From Sphingobium sp. (GTDB lineage Bacteria; Pseudomonadota; Alphaproteobacteria; Sphingomonadales; Sphingomonadaceae), in assembly GCF_003248505.1 (NCBI RefSeq), contig NZ_QFOA01000003.1:17697-81696 (forward strand): 64,000 bases of DNA, in the 5' to 3' direction. The translations under genes were made by a program, and so were the position numbers. Each line of letters opens with the position of its first letter. Position 1 is the first letter of the stretch. This document shows, in pieces, positions 18,261 to 27,511 of the stretch. Under the pieces are notes generated by a model. It was not told the DNA's origin and searched no databases. It saw nothing but the letters and a program-made list of their open reading frames with translations.

Positions 18261-18293
18261 GGGCTGGAACGCGGCGGCAACGGAATGAAAAAT

Positions 18294-18385
18294 TGGCGGA
18301 GACGGAGGGATTCGAACCCTCGGTAGCCCCTTAAGGCTACGACGGTTTAGCAAACCGCTGGTTTCAGCCACTCACCCACGTCTCC
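18294..18385 (-). tRNA. tRNA-Ser (anticodon GCU) with long variable arm and encoded CCA
   Basis: Reverse complement reads GGAGACG..., then anticodon loop TTGCTAA, a long extra arm, T-arm GGTTCGAATCC and CGTCTCC-G-CCA. It has a 7-bp acceptor stem and is 92 nt long. Confidence 0.92.
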
Positions 18386-18619
18386 GCGCGAATTGGCCCG
18401 TTGCAAGGCGGACCGTGGCTAGGGCGCGGCTATAGCGGGGGCTTTGCGACATGGCAACGGTCCTGCAGTGCGATTTTTTACGGGGCGCTGGGCGGCAAAG
18501 CATCGGGCCGACGCAATCGCGACTCATGTCGGCTTTCGTTCATTGCGGTTTCAGCATCCTTCCCGCTATTCTGCGCGCTCAAACCGGCCCCGGAGGGTCT
18601 GGCGGGGAGTGTAAGAGAC

Positions 18620-19414
18620 ATGATGGGCATCACCGGGCGCGCGGGATCGCGGATGGCGCGGGCGGCACTGTGGGCAGGCGCGCTGGCGGGGCTGGCGTTC
18701 AGCCCGCTGGCAGGCGCGCAGGTGCGGACGGTCGATCCCAACACCGCCATCGACGCCGATCTTGCACCGCCGCCGCCGCCGCGTACCGCGCCGACCGACC
18801 CCGGCGTCGATCCTGCGGTGCGCCACGATCCGCCCGCGCCCCAGCCCGCGCCCGCCCCTTCCGGCGATGCCACCACCGCCACCGGCGCGCCGGTGACACC
18901 CAACTCGCCGCCCGCCGCGATCTCGCCGGGCGAATCCTACCAGCAGGACGACCTTATCGGCGCGGCGGAGGGCGTCTTCGGCAAGGGGGCAGAGGGCCTC
19001 GCGGGCATCATCGAGAAAGTCCTGAAGGATCAGGGACGCCCGAACGCCTACATCGCCGGGCGGGAGGCGTCGGGCGCTTTCGTCGTCGGGCTGCGCTACG
19101 GATCGGGCACGCTCAACCACAAGGTGGAGGGCAAGCGCGAAGTGTATTGGACCGGCCCGTCGATCGGTTTCGACGTGGGCGGCAATGCGTCCAACACCTT
19201 CATCCTCGTCTATAATCTCTATGACACGCAGGACCTCTACCACCGCTTCCCGGCGGCGGAGGGCACTGCCTATCTGGTGGGGGGCTTCACCGCCAGCTAC
19301 CTGCGCTGGGGCGATGTCGTGCTGATCCCGATTCGCCTGGGGGTCGGCTATCGGCTGGGCATCAATGCAGGTTATATGAAGTTCACCGAAAAGCGGAACT
19401 GGCTGCCCTTCTAA
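18620..19414 (+). CDS. DUF1134 (EipA-like) periplasmic protein
   Basis: Signal-like N-terminus and a Pro-rich linker. The C-terminal domain reads PNAYIAGREASGAFVVGLRYGSGTL...VYWTGPSIGFDVGG...RLGINAGYMKFT..WLPF, characteristic of DUF1134. GGGGAG lies upstream of ATG 18620. Confidence 0.7.
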   Translation: MMGITGRAGSRMARAALWAGALAGLAFSPLAGAQVRTVDPNTAIDADLAPPPPPRTAPTDPGVDPAVRHDPPAPQPAPAPSGDATTATGAPVTPNSPPAAISPGESYQQDDLIGAAEGVFGKGAEGLAGIIEKVLKDQGRPNAYIAGREASGAFVVGLRYGSGTLNHKVEGKREVYWTGPSIGFDVGGNASNTFILVYNLYDTQDLYHRFPAAEGTAYLVGGFTASYLRWGDVVLIPIRLGVGYRLGINAGYMKFTEKRNWLPF

Positions 19415-19417
19415 AGG

Positions 19418-20500
19418 CTACAGCGACAGGGCGAGCTGTCCGTCCTCCCGGTCGGGCGCATCCTCGCCCTCCAGATTATGGACGCCAAGGCCGAGCAGGC
19501 GCGCGCCCATGCGCAGCGGCAATTGCGCCAGCAACAGTTCGCGTCCCGCCTGCGCCAGCTTGTCGGGCGATCGCACGGGGGCGGGAAAGCTGCGGGACCG
19601 GGTGATGATGCGGAAATCGGCGAACTTGATCTTGAGCACCACCGTGCGCCCCCACGCGCCCGCCTTGTCGATTCGCCCCCACAGGTTCGCCGCGATCCGG
19701 TCCAACTCCGCCACCAGCGCGGCTTCTTCGGTCAGGTCGTCGAAGAAAGTGTCTTCCACGCTCACCGACTTGCGTCCTTCGCGCTCGCGCACCGGGCGGT
19801 CGTCCTCCCCCCGCGCCGCGCGGTAGTAATAGCCTGCCGCGCTGCCGAAATGCGCTTGAAGGAACGCCATGTCGCGCGCGCGCAGGTCGGCGCCGGTTTC
19901 GATGCCCAGCGCCTGCATCCGCTGCGCCGTCACCGGACCTACGCCATGGATGCGCCGCACCGGCATCGCCGCGATAAAGGCCGCGCCCTCATGCGGGCGC
20001 ACCACGCACACGCCGTCGGGCTTGTTCTGGTCCGACGCGAGCTTGGCGATGAGCTTGTTGTAGGACACGCCGGCCGACGCAGTCAGCCCCGTTTCCGTGC
20101 GAATCATGCGGCGGATGTCCTGCGCGATCTGCGTCGCCGACGCGATGCCCGGCTTGTTCGTCGTCACGTCGAGATAGGCTTCGTCGAGCGAGAGCGGCTG
20201 AACGATATCGGTGAAGCGACCGAAAATCTCGCGCACCTGATGCGACACGGCGCGGTATACGTCGAAGCGCGGCTTCACGAACAGCAAATCGGGGCACAGC
20301 CGCCGTGCCCGCCCACCCGGCATCGCCGACCGCACGCCGAACCGCCGCGCTTCGTAGGAGCAGGTTGCGACCACTCCGCGCGGTCCGCCGCCGCCCACCG
20401 CGATGGGCAGCCCGCGCAGCGCCGGATCGTCGCGCTGCTCGACCGACGCGTAAAAGGCGTCCATGTCGATATGGATGATCTTGCGCGGGGCGGACTCCAT
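19418..20500 (-). CDS. dinB: DNA polymerase IV (Y-family)
   Basis: IIHIDMDAFYASVEQRDDP and SLDEAYLDV catalytic motifs. 360 aa. Confidence 0.93.
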   Translation of the reverse strand: MESAPRKIIHIDMDAFYASVEQRDDPALRGLPIAVGGGGPRGVVATCSYEARRFGVRSAMPGGRARRLCPDLLFVKPRFDVYRAVSHQVREIFGRFTDIVQPLSLDEAYLDVTTNKPGIASATQIAQDIRRMIRTETGLTASAGVSYNKLIAKLASDQNKPDGVCVVRPHEGAAFIAAMPVRRIHGVGPVTAQRMQALGIETGADLRARDMAFLQAHFGSAAGYYYRAARGEDDRPVREREGRKSVSVEDTFFDDLTEEAALVAELDRIAANLWGRIDKAGAWGRTVVLKIKFADFRIITRSRSFPAPVRSPDKLAQAGRELLLAQLPLRMGARLLGLGVHNLEGEDAPDREDGQLALSL

Positions 20501-20524
20501 GGCACGCCCTTATGGCATAGAGCG

Positions 20525-20539
20525 GAACGAAAGGTAAAC
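20525..20539 (-). promoter_or_regulatory. candidate alphaproteobacterial LexA (SOS) box upstream of dinB
   Basis: The minus strand reads GTTTacctttcGTTC. This differs by one mismatch from the direct-repeat consensus GTTC-N7-GTTC. It lies 25-39 nt upstream of the dinB ATG. Confidence 0.45.
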
Positions 20540-20583
20540 AGCGCGTGTGGCCCGGCGCGACAGCCGCGTTCGGCCGATGCGCT

Positions 20584-21126
20584 TCAGCCCTTGTCTTTCA
20601 GCGCCAGAAGCGCCGCGAACGGGCTTGCCTGCTCTTCGCTCAGGACGCCCGCTTGCTTCAGATAAGCGTCGGCGTCCGGCGATCGGGGAAAGGGCGTCAT
20701 CGCCAGCGCCATCGTCTCGGCCACCGCCTCGCCCATGTCGAGCGCCTGCCCGTCATAGCCGACGGTGTCGACATCCTGCGCGTCGAGTTCCAGTTCCTCG
20801 CCTTCGGGCGGCGTGTCGGCGGCTTCCACTACGAAGCGGAGGGCGAAATCGGTGTCGATGATTTCGGGCACCGGCTCCCCGGTCGCGACGCAGGGCTGCG
20901 CCAGCGTCGCACGCACCCGCCCGCGCGCCAGGATCGCGTCCTTTTCCTCGCTCAGGCTATAATCCGCCTCCAGCCGGTCGAGCGCAACAAGGCCGAACCG
21001 GCGCGCGAGCGCCGCCCGCTCCGCGTCGTTTGCGGCGATATGCGTCTCGACGGCCATCCGCCGGACCTGATCGACCTTCACCATGCGGGAAAATTCCGGC
21101 ACTAAAGCCTCCTGGCTGCCCGTCAT
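20584..21126 (-). CDS. yceD: YceD/DUF177 family protein
   Basis: 180 aa and acidic, with CVATGEPV and the typical C-terminal FAALLALKDK. Sits in the usual alphaproteobacterial context. Confidence 0.75.
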   Translation of the reverse strand: MTGSQEALVPEFSRMVKVDQVRRMAVETHIAANDAERAALARRFGLVALDRLEADYSLSEEKDAILARGRVRATLAQPCVATGEPVPEIIDTDFALRFVVEAADTPPEGEELELDAQDVDTVGYDGQALDMGEAVAETMALAMTPFPRSPDADAYLKQAGVLSEEQASPFAALLALKDKG

Positions 21127-21647
21127 CCGATATCTCCTGCCAGCATCGCGTCACGGCTGAGGCATCCCAACCGGGTCCAGCGCGCCCGCAACGCACCCTC
21201 TGCATGGTCGATCGCGCAGGGATCGACCGGCTCCCCGCGATAGAGGTTGCGACGCAGCGCCTCGGTAAGGTCGCCGCCGCCCTCCAGCGCCGAACGATAG
21301 GCGCTGATCCGTCCGCCCAGCGCGCTCATCATCCGCCCGACATGCTTGCCCACGACCACGTCGCCAATTCCTTCCTGCCGCAACTGCCCGTCCATGTCGT
21401 CGACGAACAATTCGGTCAGCCACACCGATTCCTGCGCCGCCCCCTGCTGTTCCAGCCGCATCAGCGCCAGCGACAGGATCGCCACGATCATGTCGAACCG
21501 CCCGTCCATCGTGTCGGGAACCGCGCCTTCGACATACCAGTGCGGCTGCCGCCCCTCGCGCACGATCGCGTCGTAGAGCGGCCGCAGCCCGGCGCGCGGA
21601 TCGGCGCGACCCATCAGGCGCTGGAGAAAGGAAGGGGCGGACGGCAT
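21123..21647 (-). CDS. ubiquinol-cytochrome c chaperone family protein
   Basis: 174 aa from ATG 21647. FDMIVAILSLALMRL...LFVDDMDGQLRQEGIGDVVVGKHV resembles the UbiqCytC-chaperone domain. Its stop overlaps the yceD start. Confidence 0.65.
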   Translation of the reverse strand: MPSAPSFLQRLMGRADPRAGLRPLYDAIVREGRQPHWYVEGAVPDTMDGRFDMIVAILSLALMRLEQQGAAQESVWLTELFVDDMDGQLRQEGIGDVVVGKHVGRMMSALGGRISAYRSALEGGGDLTEALRRNLYRGEPVDPCAIDHAEGALRARWTRLGCLSRDAMLAGDIG

Positions 21648-21816
21648 GGCGGGCAACTTTTCGTCAGGGTTCGTACAGGTGGCGCGGCGCAGGGCACGCC
21701 CTGCCACCCCTTGTGGGCGGCCACGCAATTCCATATTGATCGCTGCGTCGCACGATGCAATGGCGACAATGCAAGTATTCGCCAAGGACAGGCGGGCGCG
21801 CCCGCAGGAGACATTC

Positions 21817-22329
21817 ATGCCGCAGTTCAGCCGCCATTCCCGCCGTGGGCGTCTCGTGATCGCCATCGGCCTCAGCGCGTCGCTGCTCGGCACATCGGCC
21901 TGCACCCGCATCCGCACGCATCAGGGCTATCAGGTCGACAAGCTGCTGGTCGATTCGGTGCAGCCCGGCATCGACAACCGCGCCTCGGTCGAAGGGACGC
22001 TGGGCCGTCCCAGCTTCGTGTCGCAGTTCGGCGAGCAGGACTGGTATTATGTCTCGCGCACGATGCGGGCTCTCGCCTTTTCGAATCCCAAGCCGGTCGA
22101 GCAGACGGTGCTGCGCGTGCGGTTCGATCCCGCGGGCAACGTGACGGCGGTGGACCGCATGGGGATGGAACAGATCGCGCGCATTTCGCCCTCGGGCGAC
22201 AAGACGCCGACGCTGGGTCGCCATCGCAGCCTGTTCGACGAAATCTTCGGCAATATCGGTGCGGTCGGTGCAGGCGGCATGGGCGGCGCGGGCGCGGGCA
22301 GCAACACCGGCGGCCCGAACGGCAGCTAG
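21817..22329 (+). CDS. bamE: outer membrane protein assembly factor BamE (SmpA/OmlA)
   Basis: Lipobox LLGTSAC followed by RTHQGYQVDKLLVDSVQPGIDNRASVEGTLGRPS. AGGAG lies 6 nt before ATG 21817. The C-terminal tail is Gly-rich. Confidence 0.85.
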   Translation: MPQFSRHSRRGRLVIAIGLSASLLGTSACTRIRTHQGYQVDKLLVDSVQPGIDNRASVEGTLGRPSFVSQFGEQDWYYVSRTMRALAFSNPKPVEQTVLRVRFDPAGNVTAVDRMGMEQIARISPSGDKTPTLGRHRSLFDEIFGNIGAVGAGGMGGAGAGSNTGGPNGS

Positions 22330-22372
22330 GTCCTTCGTCCGTTCCGGCAGGTCACGCGGCCCGCCGATCCGG

Positions 22373-23785
22373 TCAGGGCGCGCTTTCGCCCCAGCCTCCG
22401 CCGAGCGCCAGGAAGATCGCGATCTGGTCCTGCACCAGCTGCGTGCGGGCGCTTGCCGCCGTCACCTCGGCACTGGCGAGGCTCCGCTGCGCGTCGAGCA
22501 GCGACAGGAAGTCGCCCCGCCCGAACCGGAACAATCGCCCTGCCTGCGCCGCCGATGTCGCTGCGCTGTCGCGCGCGCGATCAAGCGCCGCCGCCCGCTC
22601 GGCATCGCGGCGATAGGTTTCGAGCGCGCTTTCCGCCTGTCGCAACGCTTCCAGTACGCTCGCGTCGAACCCGGCCAGATCCGCGCGCACCTGCGCATCG
22701 GCCTGCGCGATCCGGGCGCGCACCACCGGGCGGTTGGGAAAGCTCCAGCTGAGCAGCGGCCCCAAGCTGAAGCCGAAGCTCGTCGGTCCGCCGATGGCCT
22801 TGACCGGCCCCGACAGCCCCACCGACCCGCCGATGCTCACCTGCGGATAAAGATCGGCCATCGCCACGCCCAGCCGCGCGGTGTCGCCCGCGATGGCGCG
22901 TTCCGCCTGCCTGATGTCGGGCCGCCGCCGGATGAGCGCCGCGCCGTCGCCCACCGGCACCGGCTGCCCGATGGAGGGTAGCGCCGCGCAACTCTCGACC
23001 CCGGCCGGATAGTCGGCGGGCGGGCGTCCCAGCAGCGTCGCCAGCAGGTAAAGCGCATTCTGCCGCTGCGCCTCGAACGCGGGCAGGGCGGCGGCGCTCG
23101 CCTCCACCGCCGCCTGCGCGCGGCTCACGTCGAACGACGTGCCTCGCCCACCGCGCGCCAGCCGCTGCGTCGCGGTCAGCGTATCGCGTTGCAGCGCGAC
23201 GACGCGGCGATTGACGGCCAGGCTGAAATTGGCGGCGCACACCTGCGCATAGGCGCGGGCGGTCGCCGCCGCGATGCCGACGCGCACATAGTCGCGCGCC
23301 GCCTGCGCCGCTTCCACGTCCGCGCCGCTCGCCTCGATCGCGCGACGGATGCGACCGTTCAGGTCGAGCGGGTAGGATGCCGCGAGGCCAAGGTCGTAGC
23401 TGGCGACGCCCGGCAGGCTGTATCCCGTGCCCGAAGGCCGCGCCAGCGTCGTCCCCGCCGACACGTCGGTGCCGATGGTGCGTCCCGCCTCCGCCTCGCG
23501 CAGCACCGCCTGCGCGCGTTCCACATTCGCCCCGGCCTGCCGCAGGTCGGCGTTGGCGGCCAGCGCCTCTTCGATCAGCGTGTCGAGGCGCGGGTCGGCA
23601 TAAAGCCGCCACCAGCGATCAGGCGGCTCGGCCTGCGCAAAGGCTGCACCCCTCGCCGAATGGAAGGGGCCCGTCGCCGCCGCCGCCGTCGCCGCGCTTT
23701 CCGCCGGCGGGCGATAGTCCGGCCCGGCGGTGGCGCAGCCCGACAGCAGCAGCGCGCCTGCGGCTGCGGCGATCCCCTTACGCAT
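22373..23785 (-). CDS. efflux outer-membrane factor lipoprotein, NodT/OprM family
   Basis: Lipobox LLLSGCA, 470 aa, with the two-repeat OMF pattern. Last gene of the efflux operon. Confidence 0.88.
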   Translation of the reverse strand: MRKGIAAAAGALLLSGCATAGPDYRPPAESAATAAAATGPFHSARGAAFAQAEPPDRWWRLYADPRLDTLIEEALAANADLRQAGANVERAQAVLREAEAGRTIGTDVSAGTTLARPSGTGYSLPGVASYDLGLAASYPLDLNGRIRRAIEASGADVEAAQAARDYVRVGIAAATARAYAQVCAANFSLAVNRRVVALQRDTLTATQRLARGGRGTSFDVSRAQAAVEASAAALPAFEAQRQNALYLLATLLGRPPADYPAGVESCAALPSIGQPVPVGDGAALIRRRPDIRQAERAIAGDTARLGVAMADLYPQVSIGGSVGLSGPVKAIGGPTSFGFSLGPLLSWSFPNRPVVRARIAQADAQVRADLAGFDASVLEALRQAESALETYRRDAERAAALDRARDSAATSAAQAGRLFRFGRGDFLSLLDAQRSLASAEVTAASARTQLVQDQIAIFLALGGGWGESAP

Positions 23786-24680
23786 GGCGGCATTCCCCTG
23801 GCTTCGCGTCCCGCGCCGCCGGTTGCACCGTCACCGTCGCGGTCCGCCCGGAAATCAGGCGGAGTCCGGCGGGCACCCGGTCCAGCCTGACCCGCACCGG
23901 AATCCGCTGGGCAAGCCGCACCCAGCTGAACGTCGGTTCGACATTGGGCAGCAGGTTGCCCGCGTTCGACCGGCTGTCGTCGTTAATGCCGTAGGCGATG
24001 CTTTCCACCCGCCCGTGCAGTTCCTGCGGCTCGCCCATCAACCGCACGGCGACCGGCGCGCCGATGCAGATGAGGCCGAGCTTCGTTTCCTCGAAATAGC
24101 CCTCTACGCGCAGCGAATCGCTGTCGATCAGCGCCAGCGCCTGCGTGCCCGCGCCGACATAGTCGCCCGGATGCAGGTCTAGGTTCGTCACGACGCCGTT
24201 GACCGACGCGCGCACCTGCGTGCGCTTGAGGTTCAGCGCGGCGGCGTCGCGCGCGCTCATCGCCTCGGCCAGCGCCGCCTGCGCCGTCGCCACCCGCGCG
24301 ACATTCTGCTCATGCGTTTCGGCGGCGACCAGGTCGCCCAGCGCCAGGTCGCGCTTCGCCTCGCGCCGCGCCTGCGCCAGCGTCGCCTGCGCGCTTTCGA
24401 TCCGCGCCTTGGACTGGTCGAGCGCCAGCGCATAGCGCGGCGTGTCGATGACGAACAGCAGGTCGCCCGCCTTCACCCGCTGGTTGTCGCGCACCGCCAC
24501 CGACGTCACGAGGCCGCTGATGTCGGGGGTCACCCGCACCACGTCGGCGCGCACGCGCCCGTCGCGCGTCCAGGGGCTGCGTTCATAGTGATTCCACATC
24601 CAGATCGCGGCGATGGCGGCGGCGATGACGATCAGGATCGTGGCGGCGCTGCGGGACAGGGTGGCGAAAAGCGGCTTCAT
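23778..24680 (-). CDS. HlyD-family efflux membrane fusion protein (AaeA-like)
   Basis: One N-terminal TM helix and a lipoyl-like hairpin VTPDISGLVTSVAVRDNQRVKAGDLLFVID. ATG 24680 overlaps the DUF1656 stop. Confidence 0.85.
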   Translation of the reverse strand: MKPLFATLSRSAATILIVIAAAIAAIWMWNHYERSPWTRDGRVRADVVRVTPDISGLVTSVAVRDNQRVKAGDLLFVIDTPRYALALDQSKARIESAQATLAQARREAKRDLALGDLVAAETHEQNVARVATAQAALAEAMSARDAAALNLKRTQVRASVNGVVTNLDLHPGDYVGAGTQALALIDSDSLRVEGYFEETKLGLICIGAPVAVRLMGEPQELHGRVESIAYGINDDSRSNAGNLLPNVEPTFSWVRLAQRIPVRVRLDRVPAGLRLISGRTATVTVQPAARDAKPGECRHA

Positions 24681-24892
24681 GGGTTCAGTCCAAGGGAGGG
24701 GAAGAGGAAAGCGAGCGCGCACAGGATCAGTACGAAGAGGCTGAGGTCCACCGCGGCGCGATAGGCAAGGAAACGATAGAGGCCGAGCGCGCCGACGACG
24801 CGCGTCGCCGCCCAGGTCAGCGCCAGCGCGATCAGCCCCAGCAGCAACAGCGTCGGCACGAAAATGCCGCCCAGCGCGATCTCTCCGGTCAT
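24677..24892 (-). CDS. DUF1656 (AaeX-like) small membrane protein
   Basis: 71 aa with two TM helices. It sits between the FUSC and HlyD genes, as in aaeXAB-type loci. Confidence 0.75.
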   Translation of the reverse strand: MTGEIALGGIFVPTLLLLGLIALALTWAATRVVGALGLYRFLAYRAAVDLSLFVLILCALAFLFPSLGLNP

Positions 24893-26940
24893 GCGGCGGC
24901 TCTCCTATATGCTTCCGCCTGCGGGAAGAGGTTGCGGCGCAGGCTGACCAGGCCCAGCACCCCTTCGCGCTGCACGGCAGGGCGGGGATGGGCGGCGAGG
25001 TCGCCGATGGCGGCGTCGATGGCGTGCAGCAGGGCGGGGTCGGCGGGCGCGGGCGCAACGGGGTCGAGGCCGCGATAATGGTGCGCCACGCCGCTCAGCA
25101 CATGGGCGAGCGGTTCCGCCTCCGCCGGGGGCAGCGCGATCCGCACCTGCTTGAGTTCCCCGATGGCAACCCCGGTGCGCAGATCGCGGAGCGCGTCGTA
25201 GAGCGGCGCGCCGCTGTCCGCGCGCGTGGCGGCAAGGCGGGGAGCGAGCAGGGCGATGCGGTCGAGCATCCGGTTGATCCACCCGCGCACGTCAGGCGCG
25301 CTCATCATCGTCGCCCGATTGGCGATGTCGCGCCATCCCGCGCGCACCGTCCGCGCGATGGCGCGCTCGGCCCCCGCCGATTGCAGCAGCCCCGCCATCA
25401 CGATCGCAAAGAAAATCCCCCCGATCTGCGCCACCGCACCGTTGGCATAGTTCTGGAACGCGCCGACATAGCGGTCCGACAGCAGCACCGGGCTGCCGAG
25501 CCCCAGTAGCGTGGGCAGCGCGATCCCCATCCAGCGCGGCGACGCCATCATCGCGCCCAGCACCAGCAGCGGCGGCGCGTAGGCCAGCGCCAGTTCGCCG
25601 AACCCGTCGAGCCGCGGCATGATCGCATAGCCATAGAGCGCGCCCAGCGCCGTCGCCACCAGCGTTCCGATCATGAAGCCCTTGAGCGGCGCGAGCGGAT
25701 TGTCCTGCGCCGCGAACAACGCCAGGAACACGCCCGCCAGCATCACTGCCGTGCCCCCGTCGTGCCAGCCGCTGCCGATCCACAGCGCGCTGCCCACGAC
25801 TATCGTCAGCCAAGCGCCGAACGCCGCCCGCGCCGCGCCCGCATAATCGCGGTGCAGCGCGCGGCTGCCGCGCACGGCAAGCAACTGCGCCACGCGCGGC
25901 GTCACGGCGGCGCGGTGGTGCGTCGCCATCTGGTCGTGCAGGTCGCGGCAATCGCGATGCGCAGCGATCAGCGTCGCGAGCCGGGCATAGAGGCTGAGAC
26001 GCAGCATATCGGCCCAGCCGCTGTCCGCGCGCAGCGGCGGCTCCATCGCGGCGCATCGGTCGATCAGCGCCTGCGCCCGCGCCGCGCGGGTCGCATTGTC
26101 GACCACCGGCGAATCGAGCCAGTCGCGCACGTCGGCGATCAGCGCCTGCGCCGGGGCAGGGGCCTGCCCGCCGCTGACCGCCTTCAACTGCGCCAGCCGA
26201 TCCTCCACCGCCGCGCCCAGCGGCAGCAGCAGCGACAACTGGTCCTGGAGCGCGCGCACCGTGCGCACGCGCGGCGCCTGGCGACTGAGGTCGTAGGGCA
26301 GGTGGATCGACATCTGGTGCAGTTCGGTGATGTCCTGCGCCAGCCTGCGCCGTTCGGCGTCCAGCCCCTCGACCGGATCGACCGCGATGGCATCGCGCGA
26401 CCAGCGTTCTGCGTCGCGCAGCATCGCCTCCACCCGCGCCAGCAGCGCGCCCGTCACCGATCCGGGCAGGATGACGCTGTGCACCAGGCTGCCGCAGGCG
26501 ATGCCGATCAGGATTTCCTGCACCCGCAGCGACGCGACGGTGAAGATGGTCTGCGGCGCATCCACCGTCGGACAGACGATCAGCACGGCGGTATAGCCCG
26601 CCAGCACGAACATGTAGGATCGCGGCGTCCGGTCGAGCAGCGACACGAACACGCACAGCCCCAGCCACGACGCCAGCGCCAGCACCAGCAGTTCAGGTGC
26701 GTTCACCAGCGGGGGCACGACCGCGACGGCGAACATCGCGCCCACGACCGTCCCGATGGCACGGAACGCCGCCTTCGATACGACCGCGCCCGCCATCGCC
26801 TGCGCCACGATATAGCTGGTGAGGAACGCCCAATAGGGCCGCTCCAGCCCGATGCTGAACGCCACGAACAGGGCCAGCATCGCCGCGGCGTAGCTTTTCA
26901 GCGAAAAGAGCGCGGCAGGAACGCCGAACCGCTCGCTCAT
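24889..26940 (-). CDS. FUSC family (fusaric acid resistance / AaeB-like) inner-membrane efflux protein
   Basis: 683 aa from ATG 26940. The N-terminus LKSYAAAMLALFVAFSIGLERPYWAFLTSYIV is the typical FUSC start. Duplicated multi-TM halves flank a cytoplasmic helical domain. Confidence 0.85.
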   Translation of the reverse strand: MSERFGVPAALFSLKSYAAAMLALFVAFSIGLERPYWAFLTSYIVAQAMAGAVVSKAAFRAIGTVVGAMFAVAVVPPLVNAPELLVLALASWLGLCVFVSLLDRTPRSYMFVLAGYTAVLIVCPTVDAPQTIFTVASLRVQEILIGIACGSLVHSVILPGSVTGALLARVEAMLRDAERWSRDAIAVDPVEGLDAERRRLAQDITELHQMSIHLPYDLSRQAPRVRTVRALQDQLSLLLPLGAAVEDRLAQLKAVSGGQAPAPAQALIADVRDWLDSPVVDNATRAARAQALIDRCAAMEPPLRADSGWADMLRLSLYARLATLIAAHRDCRDLHDQMATHHRAAVTPRVAQLLAVRGSRALHRDYAGAARAAFGAWLTIVVGSALWIGSGWHDGGTAVMLAGVFLALFAAQDNPLAPLKGFMIGTLVATALGALYGYAIMPRLDGFGELALAYAPPLLVLGAMMASPRWMGIALPTLLGLGSPVLLSDRYVGAFQNYANGAVAQIGGIFFAIVMAGLLQSAGAERAIARTVRAGWRDIANRATMMSAPDVRGWINRMLDRIALLAPRLAATRADSGAPLYDALRDLRTGVAIGELKQVRIALPPAEAEPLAHVLSGVAHHYRGLDPVAPAPADPALLHAIDAAIGDLAAHPRPAVQREGVLGLVSLRRNLFPQAEAYRRAAA

Positions 26941-27389
26941 GGCCGGCTCTGGCGCTTCCGCTCCCCGATGCGCGCGCCGATCAGGTCGAGCAATCCGGCG
27001 GTCAGTTCGATCGCCTCGTCGGGAATATCGGTCAGGATCGATTCGCGCAGCGTGCCCAGCCTTTCCTCGATCCGCAGGACCAGCGCTTCGCCCGCGTCGG
27101 TCAGGCCGATGAGGTTCGCCCGCTTGTCCTGCGGGTGGCGGACTCGATGGATGAGGCCCGCACCCTGCAACTGGTCGAGCGTGCGGACGAGCGAAGGCTG
27201 CGCCACGCCCATCGCCTCGGCCAGTTCGGCCTGCCGCGCGGGGCCGTCGCGCTCGATATGGATAAGGCACCAGCTCGCGCTGTTTGATACGCCCAGCTCG
27301 CCCAGCATATCGTCCGCCACACGCCGCCACTGGCGGGCGACGGCGGCGATCTTGTGGCCCAGCAGGCGGCGATGCTCCGGAGTCGACAT
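26937..27389 (-). CDS. MarR family transcriptional regulator
   Basis: Winged helix-turn-helix QAELAEAMGVAQPSLVRTLDQLQGAGLIHRVRHPQDKR. The stop overlaps the FUSC start. Confidence 0.9.
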   Translation of the reverse strand: MSTPEHRRLLGHKIAAVARQWRRVADDMLGELGVSNSASWCLIHIERDGPARQAELAEAMGVAQPSLVRTLDQLQGAGLIHRVRHPQDKRANLIGLTDAGEALVLRIEERLGTLRESILTDIPDEAIELTAGLLDLIGARIGERKRQSRP

Positions 27390-27393
27390 AAAC

Positions 27394-27411
27394 GTTAGGT
27401 AGCTAACTAAC
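27394..27411. promoter_or_regulatory. 18-bp near-perfect palindrome, candidate MarR operator
   Basis: GTTAGGTAGCTAACTAAC has one mismatched pair. It starts 5 nt upstream of the marR start codon, in an AT-rich stretch. Confidence 0.55.
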
Positions 27412-27454
27412 GAAAATTTTCAACTATGGTTCGACTGTCTACGTCGCTGTCTCG

Positions 27455-27486
27455 CAAAAAAACGCCCCGACCCACGGGTCGGAGCG
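27455..27486 (-). terminator. rho-independent terminator after the M16 peptidase / small-ORF unit
   Basis: The minus strand reads CGCTCCGACCCgtgGGTCGGGGCG followed by TTTTTTTGCG. Confidence 0.8.
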
Positions 27487-27511
27487 CTTTTCCTTGCTCA
27501 CACGATGGGAA

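Noticed and set aside
18261-18619. tRNA-Ser(GCU) as a possible genomic-island integration site.
   Set aside because: There is no integrase, no excisionase and no direct repeat of the tRNA 3' end on either side. Both flanks carry ordinary chromosomal genes (ClC channel, DUF1134, dinB).
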